IMG/VR virus record: IMGVR_UViG_3300020175_001501
Location: 1-32,115 of that record
Strand: one strand, 5' to 3'
Source of the DNA: a virus
Lineage: Duplodnaviria > Caudoviricetes
Length of the DNA stretch: 32,115 nucleotides
Position numbers and translations under genes: made by a program. The notes under the pieces are model-generated. The model searched no databases and was not told where the DNA came from. It worked only from the letters and a program-made list of their open reading frames with translations. Below are positions 1 to 9,569 of this stretch, piece by piece; the stretch's first letter is position 1, and each line of letters opens with the position of its first letter.

Positions 1-690
1 ATTTAATAAATCCATACCTTTTAATGCATCAACAGTAGCATCAAATTTTTTAAACATATATTCTTCATCTTGTCTAAATCCTAATTTAAACTCAACCCAA
101 CTACCACTTTCAAATGAAACTAAAACTGTTGAAAATGAACGATTACTTATATATCCAGTTCCTGTTTGCACCTTAGCATTTGGATATAATTTTGAATACT
201 TATCAAGAGTATAATCTAATATTTGATTTTTCTTAGTATAATTATCAAATCTCCATTGTTGATCTTCATTAAATTCATTTAATTTAACTAATAATGTGGA
301 TGGTTTATAAGCTCTATATTGTGGAGTTATCATACTACATTCTAATTTATCACCTTCTCTACCAACACTTGATTTTGTAGTTACTAATTGACCATTATAA
401 AATCTCTTATGTACTAAATAAACACCACCACTTACAGTGTTAACTGTTACTTCTGCATTAAATTTATTATCACCCCACCCAAATGATCTTTCAGTTGTAC
501 TAACTCCTATTTCAAAATTTCTTTTAAAATTAACATCTTCTTCAAAACCAGCATCAGTAAGCAAATCTATCATTTTCTTTATACTTGCTACTCTATCAAC
601 TACTTGTTGATTTTGTCTTTCAACAAATGAATTAACATCTGATTGTTGTTCTGTGTTTAATACTTGGAATAATTCTAATTGCTCTAACAT
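1..690 (-). CDS. hypothetical protein, 3'-truncated by the window edge (>=230 aa, MLEQLELFQVLNTEQQSDV...)
   Basis: Not in the ORF track. ATG at 690 is preceded by AATAAAGGTT, the same leader as ORF 790..1041. The frame stays open to position 1 and has its own promoter at 742..773. Confidence 0.85.
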   Translation of the reverse strand, partial: MLEQLELFQVLNTEQQSDVNSFVERQNQQVVDRVASIKKMIDLLTDAGFEEDVNFKRNFEIGVSTTERSFGWGDNKFNAEVTVNTVSGGVYLVHKRFYNGQLVTTKSSVGREGDKLECSMITPQYRAYKPSTLLVKLNEFNEDQQWRFDNYTKKNQILDYTLDKYSKLYPNAKVQTGTGYISNRSFSTVLVSFESGSWVEFKLGFRQDEEYMFKKFDATVDALKGMDLLN

Positions 691-741
691 AACCTTTATT
701 TGTTTTTAATTAATATTTGGGCTCGCACCCGTTTTACTTTG

Positions 742-773
742 TAAATATACGAACTCTATTTACGGTAGCCAAA
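742..773 (-). promoter_or_regulatory. Bacteroidetes-type sigma promoter (-33/-7)
   Basis: Minus strand TTTG-N20(ending TTCG)-TATATTTA; matches the Bacteroidetes TTTG...TAnnTTTG architecture; one of 12 copies. Confidence 0.8.
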
Positions 774-789
774 TTTTCTTGTGGGAGTC

Positions 790-1041
790 TTATTCAGACT
801 CATAATGCCAAGCCCAATCTTGATCAGCTGAACATTCAATAACAATGTCCTCTGGGTTGTTTAATCTCCAATCTCTAACAACCTCTTCACCATGTTTATT
901 TACTAAAATTTCTTCAATTGCAGCCGCAACTGAATTGCTTTCATAATATTCATCATATGTAATTATGCCATTATTTGCTGCCATAAACATTTCTGAGTCT
1001 TCATTTGATATTTCTTGATATCTTGCTTTTTCATTTACCAT
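790..1041 (-). CDS. hypothetical acidic protein (83 aa)
   Basis: ORF with its own promoter and AATAAAGGTT-ATG leader. Confidence 0.8.
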   Translation of the reverse strand: MVNEKARYQEISNEDSEMFMAANNGIITYDEYYESNSVAAAIEEILVNKHGEEVVRDWRLNNPEDIVIECSADQDWAWHYESE

Positions 1042-1093
1042 AACCTTTATTAATTTTAATTTTGTTTTCCGGCGTTTTGCCTTATTTACGTCG

Positions 1094-1125
1094 TAAATAT
1101 ACGAACCCTCTCTGCGGTAACCAAA
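1094..1125 (-). promoter_or_regulatory. Bacteroidetes-type sigma promoter (-33/-7)
   Basis: TTTG-N20-TATATTTA, near-identical to 742..773. Confidence 0.8.
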
Positions 1126-1128
1126 TTT

Positions 1129-2172
1129 TTACGCGGGAATATTAAAAGACTTTGAAATATCTTCGATTTTATTAATTTTAATTTTAACATTACCTAATTC
1201 AAATTCACCAATAGATCCATTATCTTCAACTATTTGGTTAAGTTTTGTTATATATTCAAAATCAATAGCTGTAAAATTATTACCATCTATAGTAACAACA
1301 ATATCATCACCACCATTAAACCAATCTTTAATAGTATCTAATCTAGGGTTTGAATTATTAATAATTATCTTTTTATTATATACTGGTACTAATATTGGAT
1401 GACCAAAACTATCATTTTGTATCCAACTACCCCACTTTTGGAGATAATGTTTTCTAGCATTTTCCTCAAATTGTTTAAATTCATCATCATTTTTACCAAC
1501 TTCTTTATTCCATCTATGACCTCTACAGGTTAAATGATAAACTAAAGCATCCCTACTTTGAATTAAACCATAACCCTCTATTAACCATCTTTGAAATATA
1601 TCTGAGTCTTCATAAGGAAAAGGTGCAAATTTAGGATCGTGACCACCCATAGCTTGAAAATCTTTTTTATACAAAATCCAAGGGGCAAACATTCCTTTAG
1701 TTATCAAATTATGAGAAAGACTTGATTCTTTTTTAGCAAATTTATAAAACCCTTCTATATCTAACGAATCAAAATCAAGTCCAAAATCTTTAATTATTTT
1801 TTCATGCCCTTCAGGATGTAAGGGAGGTTCTACTCTAGTAGCACAAACTACCATACCTGGTTCTAAATTTTTAATTAAATTTTCAACATAACCGGGGGCT
1901 ATATACATATCTGCATGTAATATTCCTACTATATCATTTTTAGCTTTGTCAATTCCCTTATCATATAAAATAGTATGTCCTACCCTAATATCTTCCCTCC
2001 AAAATATTAAATTTTTATCATCTAATGTTTTTAACCATTCAAAGGTACCATCATCTGATCCATCATCTATTAATATTAACTCTACTTTATCAGTATAATG
2101 TTTTCTTACACTACTATAAGCGTTTTTTAAATGTCTTAAATTATTATAACTAGGTATTACTATACTTATCAT
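1129..2172 (-). CDS. glycosyltransferase family 2 (GT-A)
   Basis: ISIVIPSYN, IDDGSDDGT, HAD (DxD-like), ED motif, VYH. Confidence 0.9.
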   Translation of the reverse strand: MISIVIPSYNNLRHLKNAYSSVRKHYTDKVELILIDDGSDDGTFEWLKTLDDKNLIFWREDIRVGHTILYDKGIDKAKNDIVGILHADMYIAPGYVENLIKNLEPGMVVCATRVEPPLHPEGHEKIIKDFGLDFDSLDIEGFYKFAKKESSLSHNLITKGMFAPWILYKKDFQAMGGHDPKFAPFPYEDSDIFQRWLIEGYGLIQSRDALVYHLTCRGHRWNKEVGKNDDEFKQFEENARKHYLQKWGSWIQNDSFGHPILVPVYNKKIIINNSNPRLDTIKDWFNGGDDIVVTIDGNNFTAIDFEYITKLNQIVEDNGSIGEFELGNVKIKINKIEDISKSFNIPA

Positions 2173-3008
2173 ATTAGTTTATTTATAGGTTGGTTTACAT
2201 ATTGATAATGTAATATTCCACAAGTTGATAAATTTTTAAAACTTGGATCTACTATAGAATTATATATAACCCTCTGAATTAGTAATTTAAATTTGTCTTT
2301 TGGTATCATATCAGACATTTTTAATTTATTTCTAGTGGCCATTTTACCCGTTTCATCTTCACAGCATACAAAATATCCATTTAATTTAGGGTGAAATTTA
2401 TATTCGGGGTCAATTAATTTAATTTTTTTATCATTTTCTTCATAATCTAAATGTTTTTGTTTAACATCTTCTAAATTATATATATAATCTATTTTACTTA
2501 CATCTAAAAAATAAAAGTTAGTTTGAGGAAAAAATGTTTGGTTTGCTATAAGCTCTATATCATTTTCCCATTCTAAACATCTTTGAGCTCCTATACCATT
2601 TGTATAATAAAAATCTGAGTCATTGTTTAATTCTAAATCATATGCTTCTTCCAATATAACAACATGATCCATAGTTTTACATATAAATTTATAATTACGT
2701 GATTTGCATAATTGTATTAATGATTCTTCTTGCTCACATAAAGATCTAACGTTAGTAAAATTAGTTTTATTATGAATATAATCAACACTATTAAAATGAT
2801 TATTAAATAATTCTTCAATTTTATCTTTGTATTCTTCTCTTATTTCTAATGATTTATAATTAACACAAATAATAGTTTTTTTAAATAATTTATTAAAATC
2901 TTTATTTATTGATTGTAAGTGATTAATTCTATCAATATCTTCTTCACCCGCTATATATGCAGGTAAAACAATGGCATCACATTTTTGTATTATTTCTTTA
3001 AACCGCAT
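2169..3008 (-). CDS. hypothetical protein in the glycosylation island (possibly divergent GT-A)
   Basis: 279 aa ORF overlapping both neighbours; no motif I can assign with confidence. Confidence 0.6.
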   Translation of the reverse strand: MRFKEIIQKCDAIVLPAYIAGEEDIDRINHLQSINKDFNKLFKKTIICVNYKSLEIREEYKDKIEELFNNHFNSVDYIHNKTNFTNVRSLCEQEESLIQLCKSRNYKFICKTMDHVVILEEAYDLELNNDSDFYYTNGIGAQRCLEWENDIELIANQTFFPQTNFYFLDVSKIDYIYNLEDVKQKHLDYEENDKKIKLIDPEYKFHPKLNGYFVCCEDETGKMATRNKLKMSDMIPKDKFKLLIQRVIYNSIVDPSFKNLSTCGILHYQYVNQPINKLI

Positions 3009-3829
3009 ATCATTCCATATTGATTAAATTCAGGCATTGAGCCCCATTTTTTAAGCCATTTTTGAGCATTATCTCTTTCAGCTTTAATTTGCCTTTCAGA
3101 TGATTTATTATCATTTTCTTCTAACCTATGACTTCCTCTAGCACCAAAATGGTAAACTAGTGATTTTGTAGTTAAAACAAACCCAAATCCACTTTGTAGC
3201 ATTCTTAAAAATAAATCCATATCATCCCAACTTGCGGGTGCAAATAAAGAATCATTACCTCCTATTTCATCCCAATCTTTTTTTCTAATTAACCCGGATA
3301 CTCCTTCACCTTTAGGTATTTCAAAATCATTTGTATCAGTAAATTCTTTAGCCCATAAATCAAATATTTGATCTTTAAAATCATTATGATAAGCACCAAA
3401 TGTTTCCTTAGGTACTATTACTGTTCCTGGTCTTTGATCTGGGTTGTTAAACATATTAGGTTCAACTCTATGAGAATTAACCCATAATTTTTGGTTTGGA
3501 TATTTTTCAAATACATCCATTAATTTAATATCCCAATCTTTAGTAACATAAAAATCAGAATGTAAAAACATTATAAATTCAGTTTCAACTTTATCAGCAC
3601 AAAAATTCATACCACCACCAATACCTAAAGGTATTTCATTTTTATCTATGTAAACATCTAATTCATATTTATCTTTATTTTCTATTAACCACTTATCCGT
3701 TCCATCATTACAATTTTCAGCATGAATAATAAATGGAGCATCTTTATAATGACTATTTTTTCTAACTGAATCAATAGCTATTTTTAAATAGGGTAAATTA
3801 TTAAAGGTGCTTATACAAAATGTTATCAT
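2990..3829 (-). CDS. glycosyltransferase family 2 (GT-A)
   Basis: ITFCISTFNN, NCNDGT, LHSD, WDDMD, VYHFG; paralogous to 1129..2172 (shared RVEP and FAP motifs). Confidence 0.88.
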   Translation of the reverse strand: MITFCISTFNNLPYLKIAIDSVRKNSHYKDAPFIIHAENCNDGTDKWLIENKDKYELDVYIDKNEIPLGIGGGMNFCADKVETEFIMFLHSDFYVTKDWDIKLMDVFEKYPNQKLWVNSHRVEPNMFNNPDQRPGTVIVPKETFGAYHNDFKDQIFDLWAKEFTDTNDFEIPKGEGVSGLIRKKDWDEIGGNDSLFAPASWDDMDLFLRMLQSGFGFVLTTKSLVYHFGARGSHRLEENDNKSSERQIKAERDNAQKWLKKWGSMPEFNQYGMICGLKK

Positions 3830-3831
3830 AT

Positions 3832-4629
3832 TTAATATTTAATAGGTAAATCACAATTAGACTGCATAACAATCCCCATATATTGTGGTTTTAAATGTTC
3901 TTCTGTCCACCCTAATTGTTTATAAAAACTATATTGTGCTTCATAATGGAAGCATTTAAATAAAGGATCACAGGGCATAAATTTATCTCCTTTAGCTAAT
4001 GTAGCTTCACCATACCAATTTAGTTCATTTGGTCTATCTGCAAATGCTTTTATTATTCCAATTTCCTTGTCTAACCACTCCCAAACTTCAGTATTCCAAA
4101 TAAATGGGTTAGGACCATAATGATATATTTTACCCTCTCTATTAAATACTCCTTTAATAAAATTATAATCTTCTTCATGTGACTCTCTAGGGTTAAAGGG
4201 AAAGCACTCTTTATGATATCTATCAGTCCACTCTAACATATCTCCATGTTGAGTCATAACCATATAAGGTATATCTTCTTTATATAAAAAATCTTTAATA
4301 TAAAAATCTTTAAAGAAATAACAATCACTATCTAAACTTACATAATATTTACTAATTTTTAATTTATAAAAAAATGCTTTTATATATTGTTGATAATGCC
4401 ACCCACTAGGTATTTTATGTTCAAATACACTTTCATCTTCTATTATCTGGGTGTAGTGTGGTAATTTATCTTTAAATAAATTTATATCCTTAGATGGTAC
4501 AGATACATAAAAAGGTATATTATCTTTATTGTATCTTTTAATACTATTAGATAATTCTATAACCCTATTTAGGTCTTTATCATAACTTTTACAATATAAT
4601 ACTATATTTTCCATTATTTTGTTTTCCAA
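3832..4629 (-). CDS. putative nucleotide-diphospho-sugar transferase (DUF6492-like, GT-A fold)
   Basis: GWHYQQYIK followed by LDSD (DxD) motif; island context. Confidence 0.6.
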   Translation of the reverse strand: MENKIMENIVLYCKSYDKDLNRVIELSNSIKRYNKDNIPFYVSVPSKDINLFKDKLPHYTQIIEDESVFEHKIPSGWHYQQYIKAFFYKLKISKYYVSLDSDCYFFKDFYIKDFLYKEDIPYMVMTQHGDMLEWTDRYHKECFPFNPRESHEEDYNFIKGVFNREGKIYHYGPNPFIWNTEVWEWLDKEIGIIKAFADRPNELNWYGEATLAKGDKFMPCDPLFKCFHYEAQYSFYKQLGWTEEHLKPQYMGIVMQSNCDLPIKY

Positions 4630-5639
4630 AAACTATAAATACCTTTATCTAATTCGTAATTTTCCCATACAAATCTTTCTTTCATTGGTTGTTTTTTAGC
4701 CCAATTCCACATTTGTGTTAAACCTTCTTTCATTGAAGTTTTATGTTTAAAACCTAATAAATCAATTGATTTTTGATATGTTGGTATTGAATGTTTTACT
4801 TCATGTCTAGCTTCTAGATATAAAATTGGTATTTCAAAATCAATTTTACCTTCTGTTTCTTGTAATACTTCAACTAAGGTTTCAGCAGCTTGACTTATTG
4901 ATATTTCTTCAATACCTCCTAAATTAATAATTTCTTTACTGGCCTCAGGTCTTACTGCTGAATTCCATAATGGTTCTAATGAATCATCAATAAAACTAAA
5001 AGCTCGTGTTTGTTCACCATCCCCAAATATAGTTAATGGTTGTTCTGTTAAATATTGATACATCCAAATACCAAGCACGTTTCTATATTTGTCCCAGATA
5101 TTTTGTTTAATACCATATACATTGTGAGGTCTAATAATACACCAATCTAAATTATGTTGTTCACCTGCAATTTGGATATCCATTTCACAAGCATATTTTG
5201 CAACTCCATAAGGATCAATTGGTGATTGTTGCTGTCTTTCATCAAATATACCACCACTTCCATGACCATATACAGCTAATGTAGACGTAAATACCAATCT
5301 TTTAACATTATGTTTTATACATTCATTAACTATGAGGGCCGTTGATTTTAAATTATTATCATAGTTGTATCCACGTATAAAAGGCGATAAACCTTCAGCA
5401 GCATATGCTGCAAAATGAAAAACATAGTCTGGTTTATGTGTTTCAAAACAATTTTCAATTGGATGTTCTGTTAGATTCATTTGCCAAAAATTAACTTTCG
5501 GATTAATGTTTTCTTCATAACCACCACTTAAATCATCAATCCCAATAACTTTATATTCTGGTTTGTTTTCTATTATCCAATCAGCTAATCTACTACCTAG
5601 TAATCCAGCTACACCTGTTATTAATACTGTTTTATTCAT
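4614..5639 (-). CDS. NAD-dependent epimerase/dehydratase (extended SDR)
   Basis: TGVAGLLG Rossmann motif, YGVAK catalytic YxxxK, HNVYG, GDGEQTR. Confidence 0.95.
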   Translation of the reverse strand: MNKTVLITGVAGLLGSRLADWIIENKPEYKVIGIDDLSGGYEENINPKVNFWQMNLTEHPIENCFETHKPDYVFHFAAYAAEGLSPFIRGYNYDNNLKSTALIVNECIKHNVKRLVFTSTLAVYGHGSGGIFDERQQQSPIDPYGVAKYACEMDIQIAGEQHNLDWCIIRPHNVYGIKQNIWDKYRNVLGIWMYQYLTEQPLTIFGDGEQTRAFSFIDDSLEPLWNSAVRPEASKEIINLGGIEEISISQAAETLVEVLQETEGKIDFEIPILYLEARHEVKHSIPTYQKSIDLLGFKHKTSMKEGLTQMWNWAKKQPMKERFVWENYELDKGIYSFWKTK

Positions 5640-6582
5640 TTATTCTATTTATTAAATCTTGGGCTACAGCCTTAGTGGTTAAATTTTCTTTAAAGTATTT
5701 AAACATTTCGTCCAATATACGAAAATATTCTTGCTCATCAAAATTATCTTTTAATTTATTTCCTTCTATAATTAACTCTTTTGGAAAATTCCATAAAGTA
5801 TTCTTAGGACAAAATTTTATATCAGGGAAATAGGGTAAACAATAATTACCCATTATTTCATAATGCCTCATACAATCCCACCCTGCTTTTTTTTCTGTAA
5901 TACCGAAATTTGATTTATTATAATCATCATAATATGATCCTTCATCTGTAAATATATAAGTACTTTTATCTCCTGGTATTACAGTTCCTATGTATTGGGT
6001 TTTTGATTTATTTATTTTTGATAAATGCATTTCAGGATAACTAAATGTTATAGGTTTTATATTAGAGGGTAAATTAGTAAAATCTGGTAGTTCTCTTTTA
6101 AAGTATAAATAACCTTCATTAACTACTTCTGAAAGTTGATCATCATCATTTCCATCTAATAATGCTATTTTTTCCTTAGGATAAATTTTACTTACTATAT
6201 TAAATAAATGAGTGCAACGTCTAAAATTACCATAAATAATTAAATCAAATTCTTGGTTTTCTATTTTATCCCTCATTTCATCAAAATACTTTTGGGCTTC
6301 CATTCTATTACCAAAAACTCTTTCATCATAATCTTTATCTAAAAGATAAAAAGAAGTCATTCCTCCCCAAAAATGTCCTTCCATGTTACCACTTCTAAAT
6401 AAATGATCAACAGCTCCATTTTTATTTTCTTTATATAGATGAACGGGTGGTATAAAAGCGGTTACATCTTTACCATATAATTCTTTTAATCCATGAAAGG
6501 TTAAATCATTTAAATAATCACTTATAAAACCTCCACTTTCAAGAGCAATTTGTTCAAAATCTGTTATGTATAATATTTTCAT
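5632..6582 (-). CDS. putative glycosyltransferase (GT-B-like)
   Basis: C-terminal KKAGWDCMRHYEI..CLP segment resembles the GT-B donor-binding region; island context. Confidence 0.55.
   Translation of the reverse strand: MKILYITDFEQIALESGGFISDYLNDLTFHGLKELYGKDVTAFIPPVHLYKENKNGAVDHLFRSGNMEGHFWGGMTSFYLLDKDYDERVFGNRMEAQKYFDEMRDKIENQEFDLIIYGNFRRCTHLFNIVSKIYPKEKIALLDGNDDDQLSEVVNEGYLYFKRELPDFTNLPSNIKPITFSYPEMHLSKINKSKTQYIGTVIPGDKSTYIFTDEGSYYDDYNKSNFGITEKKAGWDCMRHYEIMGNYCLPYFPDIKFCPKNTLWNFPKELIIEGNKLKDNFDEQEYFRILDEMFKYFKENLTTKAVAQDLINRINE
5712..5742 (-). promoter_or_regulatory. internal promoter upstream of the epimerase
   Basis: TTTG-N19-TATATTGG with TTCG before the -7 box, inside the 3' end of the upstream CDS. 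Confidence 0.65.
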
Positions 6583-7187
6583 TTGAATATCTTTTTAAAT
6601 TCTTCTACTGATATTAAATTTAATAATTCTTTTCTATTTTCATCTAAGTATTTATAATTTAAATCTAAATCTATGGGAATTTGAGTTTTATCTTCGTTAT
6701 TAACTATCACACCACAACCACAATCAGTATCAACTACATAACAATCAAATGCAGGGTGTGTTTGTTTAAACTCAACATATGCTTTCCAAACATCACCGTG
6801 CCAGGTAACACATTGTCTAGGAACTAATTGTGATTCATAAGTTAAAGGATTACAATCATGCATCATTATAATACCATTAGGTTGGATATGTTTTAAACTA
6901 TTTTTTATATCTTTTTTTACTTGGTCATAATGGTGTAATCCATCTATAAAAATAAGATCATATTTAATATCATGACCTTTAATAAACTCAAAAAATTCAT
7001 CTGATGTTACAGGATAATTTACTTTTGGGTGAACAATACCTTCATGGCCTGGGTCTACACCATCTTTATGTTCTGCTTTTACATTGCTAATACACTCTCC
7101 AGTAAATACTCCTATTTCTAAATAATTAACAACATTATAAGTATCAACTAAATGGTTTAATAATTCATATCTTTGTATTTCTCTCAT
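6579..7187 (-). CDS. class I SAM-dependent methyltransferase (Methyltransf_24-like, glycan-associated)
   Basis: YLEIGV, DLIFIDGLH, MHD motifs. Confidence 0.88.
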   Translation of the reverse strand: MREIQRYELLNHLVDTYNVVNYLEIGVFTGECISNVKAEHKDGVDPGHEGIVHPKVNYPVTSDEFFEFIKGHDIKYDLIFIDGLHHYDQVKKDIKNSLKHIQPNGIIMMHDCNPLTYESQLVPRQCVTWHGDVWKAYVEFKQTHPAFDCYVVDTDCGCGVIVNNEDKTQIPIDLDLNYKYLDENRKELLNLISVEEFKKIFK

Positions 7188-7807
7188 AAGGTATTATAGT
7201 AATTATTTTGTTTTTCTTGTCTATCAATTCCTTTAGGGTGGTATAATGCTAATTCCTCCATATCAGGAAGTTGAGAGTAAGTTTTATGACCTTCTAATAC
7301 TTCATGTACTTTATTTACCCATTTAATTTTTGGAATATTTTTCCAAACACGCCATTGATAATCAGGCCAATTAACCCAACCTTTAGAATTTACCATCCAT
7401 CCCCATTTTTGGATATGTCCTTCAGTTAATCCTTTTACAGTATTAACTCTAGGAACTAAATATACTTCATTATCTGGGTTAGATTTAATTATTTCTGGTA
7501 GGTTAATGATTAAACTTTCATGTGGGTATTCATCAGCATCAATCTGAAATATATAATCACCAGAACACATTTTAGTTAATTTATTTTTCCAATTAGCAAA
7601 GTGATTTTTAAATGTAGCAGCTTTATATACTACATTATTTTCATCTTTTAATTCAGAGACACGAGACCATACTTCAGGTGAACCATTTTTTTTATCAAAT
7701 AAAACAACAATTTCATCTTCTTTTCTTCTATATTTTAAAAGAAAATTTAATAATTTAGTTATTTCATTTAATTCATTACATACTGTAATTGCATAACTTA
7801 TTTTCAT
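7184..7807 (-). CDS. glycosyltransferase family 2
   Basis: ISYAITVCNE, QIDADE (DxD), WPDYQWR, VHE. Confidence 0.88.
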   Translation of the reverse strand: MKISYAITVCNELNEITKLLNFLLKYRRKEDEIVVLFDKKNGSPEVWSRVSELKDENNVVYKAATFKNHFANWKNKLTKMCSGDYIFQIDADEYPHESLIINLPEIIKSNPDNEVYLVPRVNTVKGLTEGHIQKWGWMVNSKGWVNWPDYQWRVWKNIPKIKWVNKVHEVLEGHKTYSQLPDMEELALYHPKGIDRQEKQNNYYNTL

Positions 7808-7809
7808 AT

Positions 7810-8256
7810 CTATTCTGGTAATACTCCAATATACGAAAGTGCTTCCATAAAATCACGTTCTCCAAATGTTTCCATTGTAGACATATCAGGTTTGTGGGTT
7901 AATTTATTGTCAACCTCTTTTAATTCATCTTCAGTTAAAGGTCTTGCTTTTACTGCTGCCCACTTCCATGTTGATTTATCTTGACCATTAGCAAAAACCA
8001 TTCCTAATTTTTCTTCATTTATAGTAGTAGGTAACCAAATAAGTCCCGTTTTTTCATCTACCCAAGATAAATCTTTATATAATTCAGGTAAAACTTCTAT
8101 TTGTTCTTCAAAAAAATCAGATCCTGGAGTCATTAAAGTGTTAGTCCAAAAACCACATGATAAACTAAAATAATTAGTTATATCTTTAGTAACTTCCATT
8201 TTATAACATAAATCTCCTCCACTTTTGGGGCAATTTATAATTTCATCGTAATCCAT
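7810..8256 (-). CDS. hypothetical protein (148 aa)
   Basis: Well-formed ORF in the operon; Cys residues near the N-terminus. Confidence 0.75.
   Translation of the reverse strand: MDYDEIINCPKSGGDLCYKMEVTKDITNYFSLSCGFWTNTLMTPGSDFFEEQIEVLPELYKDLSWVDEKTGLIWLPTTINEEKLGMVFANGQDKSTWKWAAVKARPLTEDELKEVDNKLTHKPDMSTMETFGERDFMEALSYIGVLPE
7826..7857 (-). promoter_or_regulatory. internal promoter upstream of GT2 7184..7807
   Basis: CGTG-N20-TATATTGG with TTCG. Confidence 0.6.
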
Positions 8257-8258
8257 AT

Positions 8259-9569
8259 TTATACTTTTTTAAGTTGTGGTATTTTTAATTCTGGTAATTT
8301 TAATTTTACTTGGTGTGAAAAATCAGGTAATACATTAGTTAAATGATTATCAATTAATTCACTCATTTTATCTCTACTAAAATTTGTTTTTGCAAAATAA
8401 GCTTGTCTTTTACCTTTACTTAATTTTAATTTATAATCTTTGTAAACACTTCTTAAAGATTCTCTAGCATAAACAGCATCAACTTGAAACCATTGGGCTT
8501 CTTGTTGTAACCAATCATTAGCAGCACTAGGATGAATATTTTCTAATGTACCTTGTACTAAAGTTGTAAATTCGGGATTTAAAAAATCTAAATGACCTGA
8601 CCATCCAGATGCTATAATAGGTTTTCCTGTTAGACTAAATTCTAATAATGGTCTACCATATCCTTCACCTTTAGTAAAACTTACCATAGATTTTATTTTA
8701 GGATGATTATATAAATCATTCATTTCTAAATCACTAAATTCACCATGTAACAAATAAATATTAGGAATTTTATGACCTTTATATTCTCTAATATATCCTT
8801 GTATTTGTTCTAAAATTGCTTCTTTACTAGTATAAGAATTATTACCTTTACTACATTTTAATATAAGAGCAGGCATTGCACTTCTATTTCTAAAGGTATC
8901 AATAAATTCTTTTATTAATACACCTACATTTTTTCTATCATGACCGTGTATTCCTTGCATCCAATGTCCTACAAATAAATAACAAAATTGTTCTTTTATA
9001 CTTGATAAATTAATACCTTCAGATTTTGGTTTAGATATTTTTTTATATAAATCTGTATTTACTCCTTCAAATATTACATTAATAGGTTTTTCTACTTTTA
9101 ATTCTCCTATAACTTGTTTAGAGTTTTTATCTCTTTTCTCAAATTTAACCCCCTCAAACATATTTTTTGCAAATTGAGAAGATACCCAAGTTTCATTCAT
9201 TCTATTTATACCTTCAACCCATTCACCTTTACATGAAGTTGCTTCAATACCAGCAGTACAACCAATATTATATTTTCCTACTGGTCTAAATTCATTAGGT
9301 ATTGTTATTTGCATCCAAATTTCTGGTTGTTTAGTAGCTTGTTTCATAGGATCATGTTTATAATCTAATAAAAATTCCCATTCAGGATGATCTTTACAAA
9401 AACCCCAAGGAGTTTCACCCCATCTTTGAGCTAATAGTATAACTTCGTATTTATCAGATTCTATAATTGATTTAACTACATCTCTACTTCTTGCCCCATA
9501 ACCACTATAAGTATCAAAAGGGCAACTAATTACAAATTGGGGTTTCATTTCTGTTTTTATTTTTTCCAT
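8259..9569 (-). CDS. glycosyltransferase GT4-like (GT-B)
   Basis: SGYG N-terminal loop, RKN, EGYGRPLLE (E-x7-E). Confidence 0.88.
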   Translation of the reverse strand: MEKIKTEMKPQFVISCPFDTYSGYGARSRDVVKSIIESDKYEVILLAQRWGETPWGFCKDHPEWEFLLDYKHDPMKQATKQPEIWMQITIPNEFRPVGKYNIGCTAGIEATSCKGEWVEGINRMNETWVSSQFAKNMFEGVKFEKRDKNSKQVIGELKVEKPINVIFEGVNTDLYKKISKPKSEGINLSSIKEQFCYLFVGHWMQGIHGHDRKNVGVLIKEFIDTFRNRSAMPALILKCSKGNNSYTSKEAILEQIQGYIREYKGHKIPNIYLLHGEFSDLEMNDLYNHPKIKSMVSFTKGEGYGRPLLEFSLTGKPIIASGWSGHLDFLNPEFTTLVQGTLENIHPSAANDWLQQEAQWFQVDAVYARESLRSVYKDYKLKLSKGKRQAYFAKTNFSRDKMSELIDNHLTNVLPDFSHQVKLKLPELKIPQLKKV

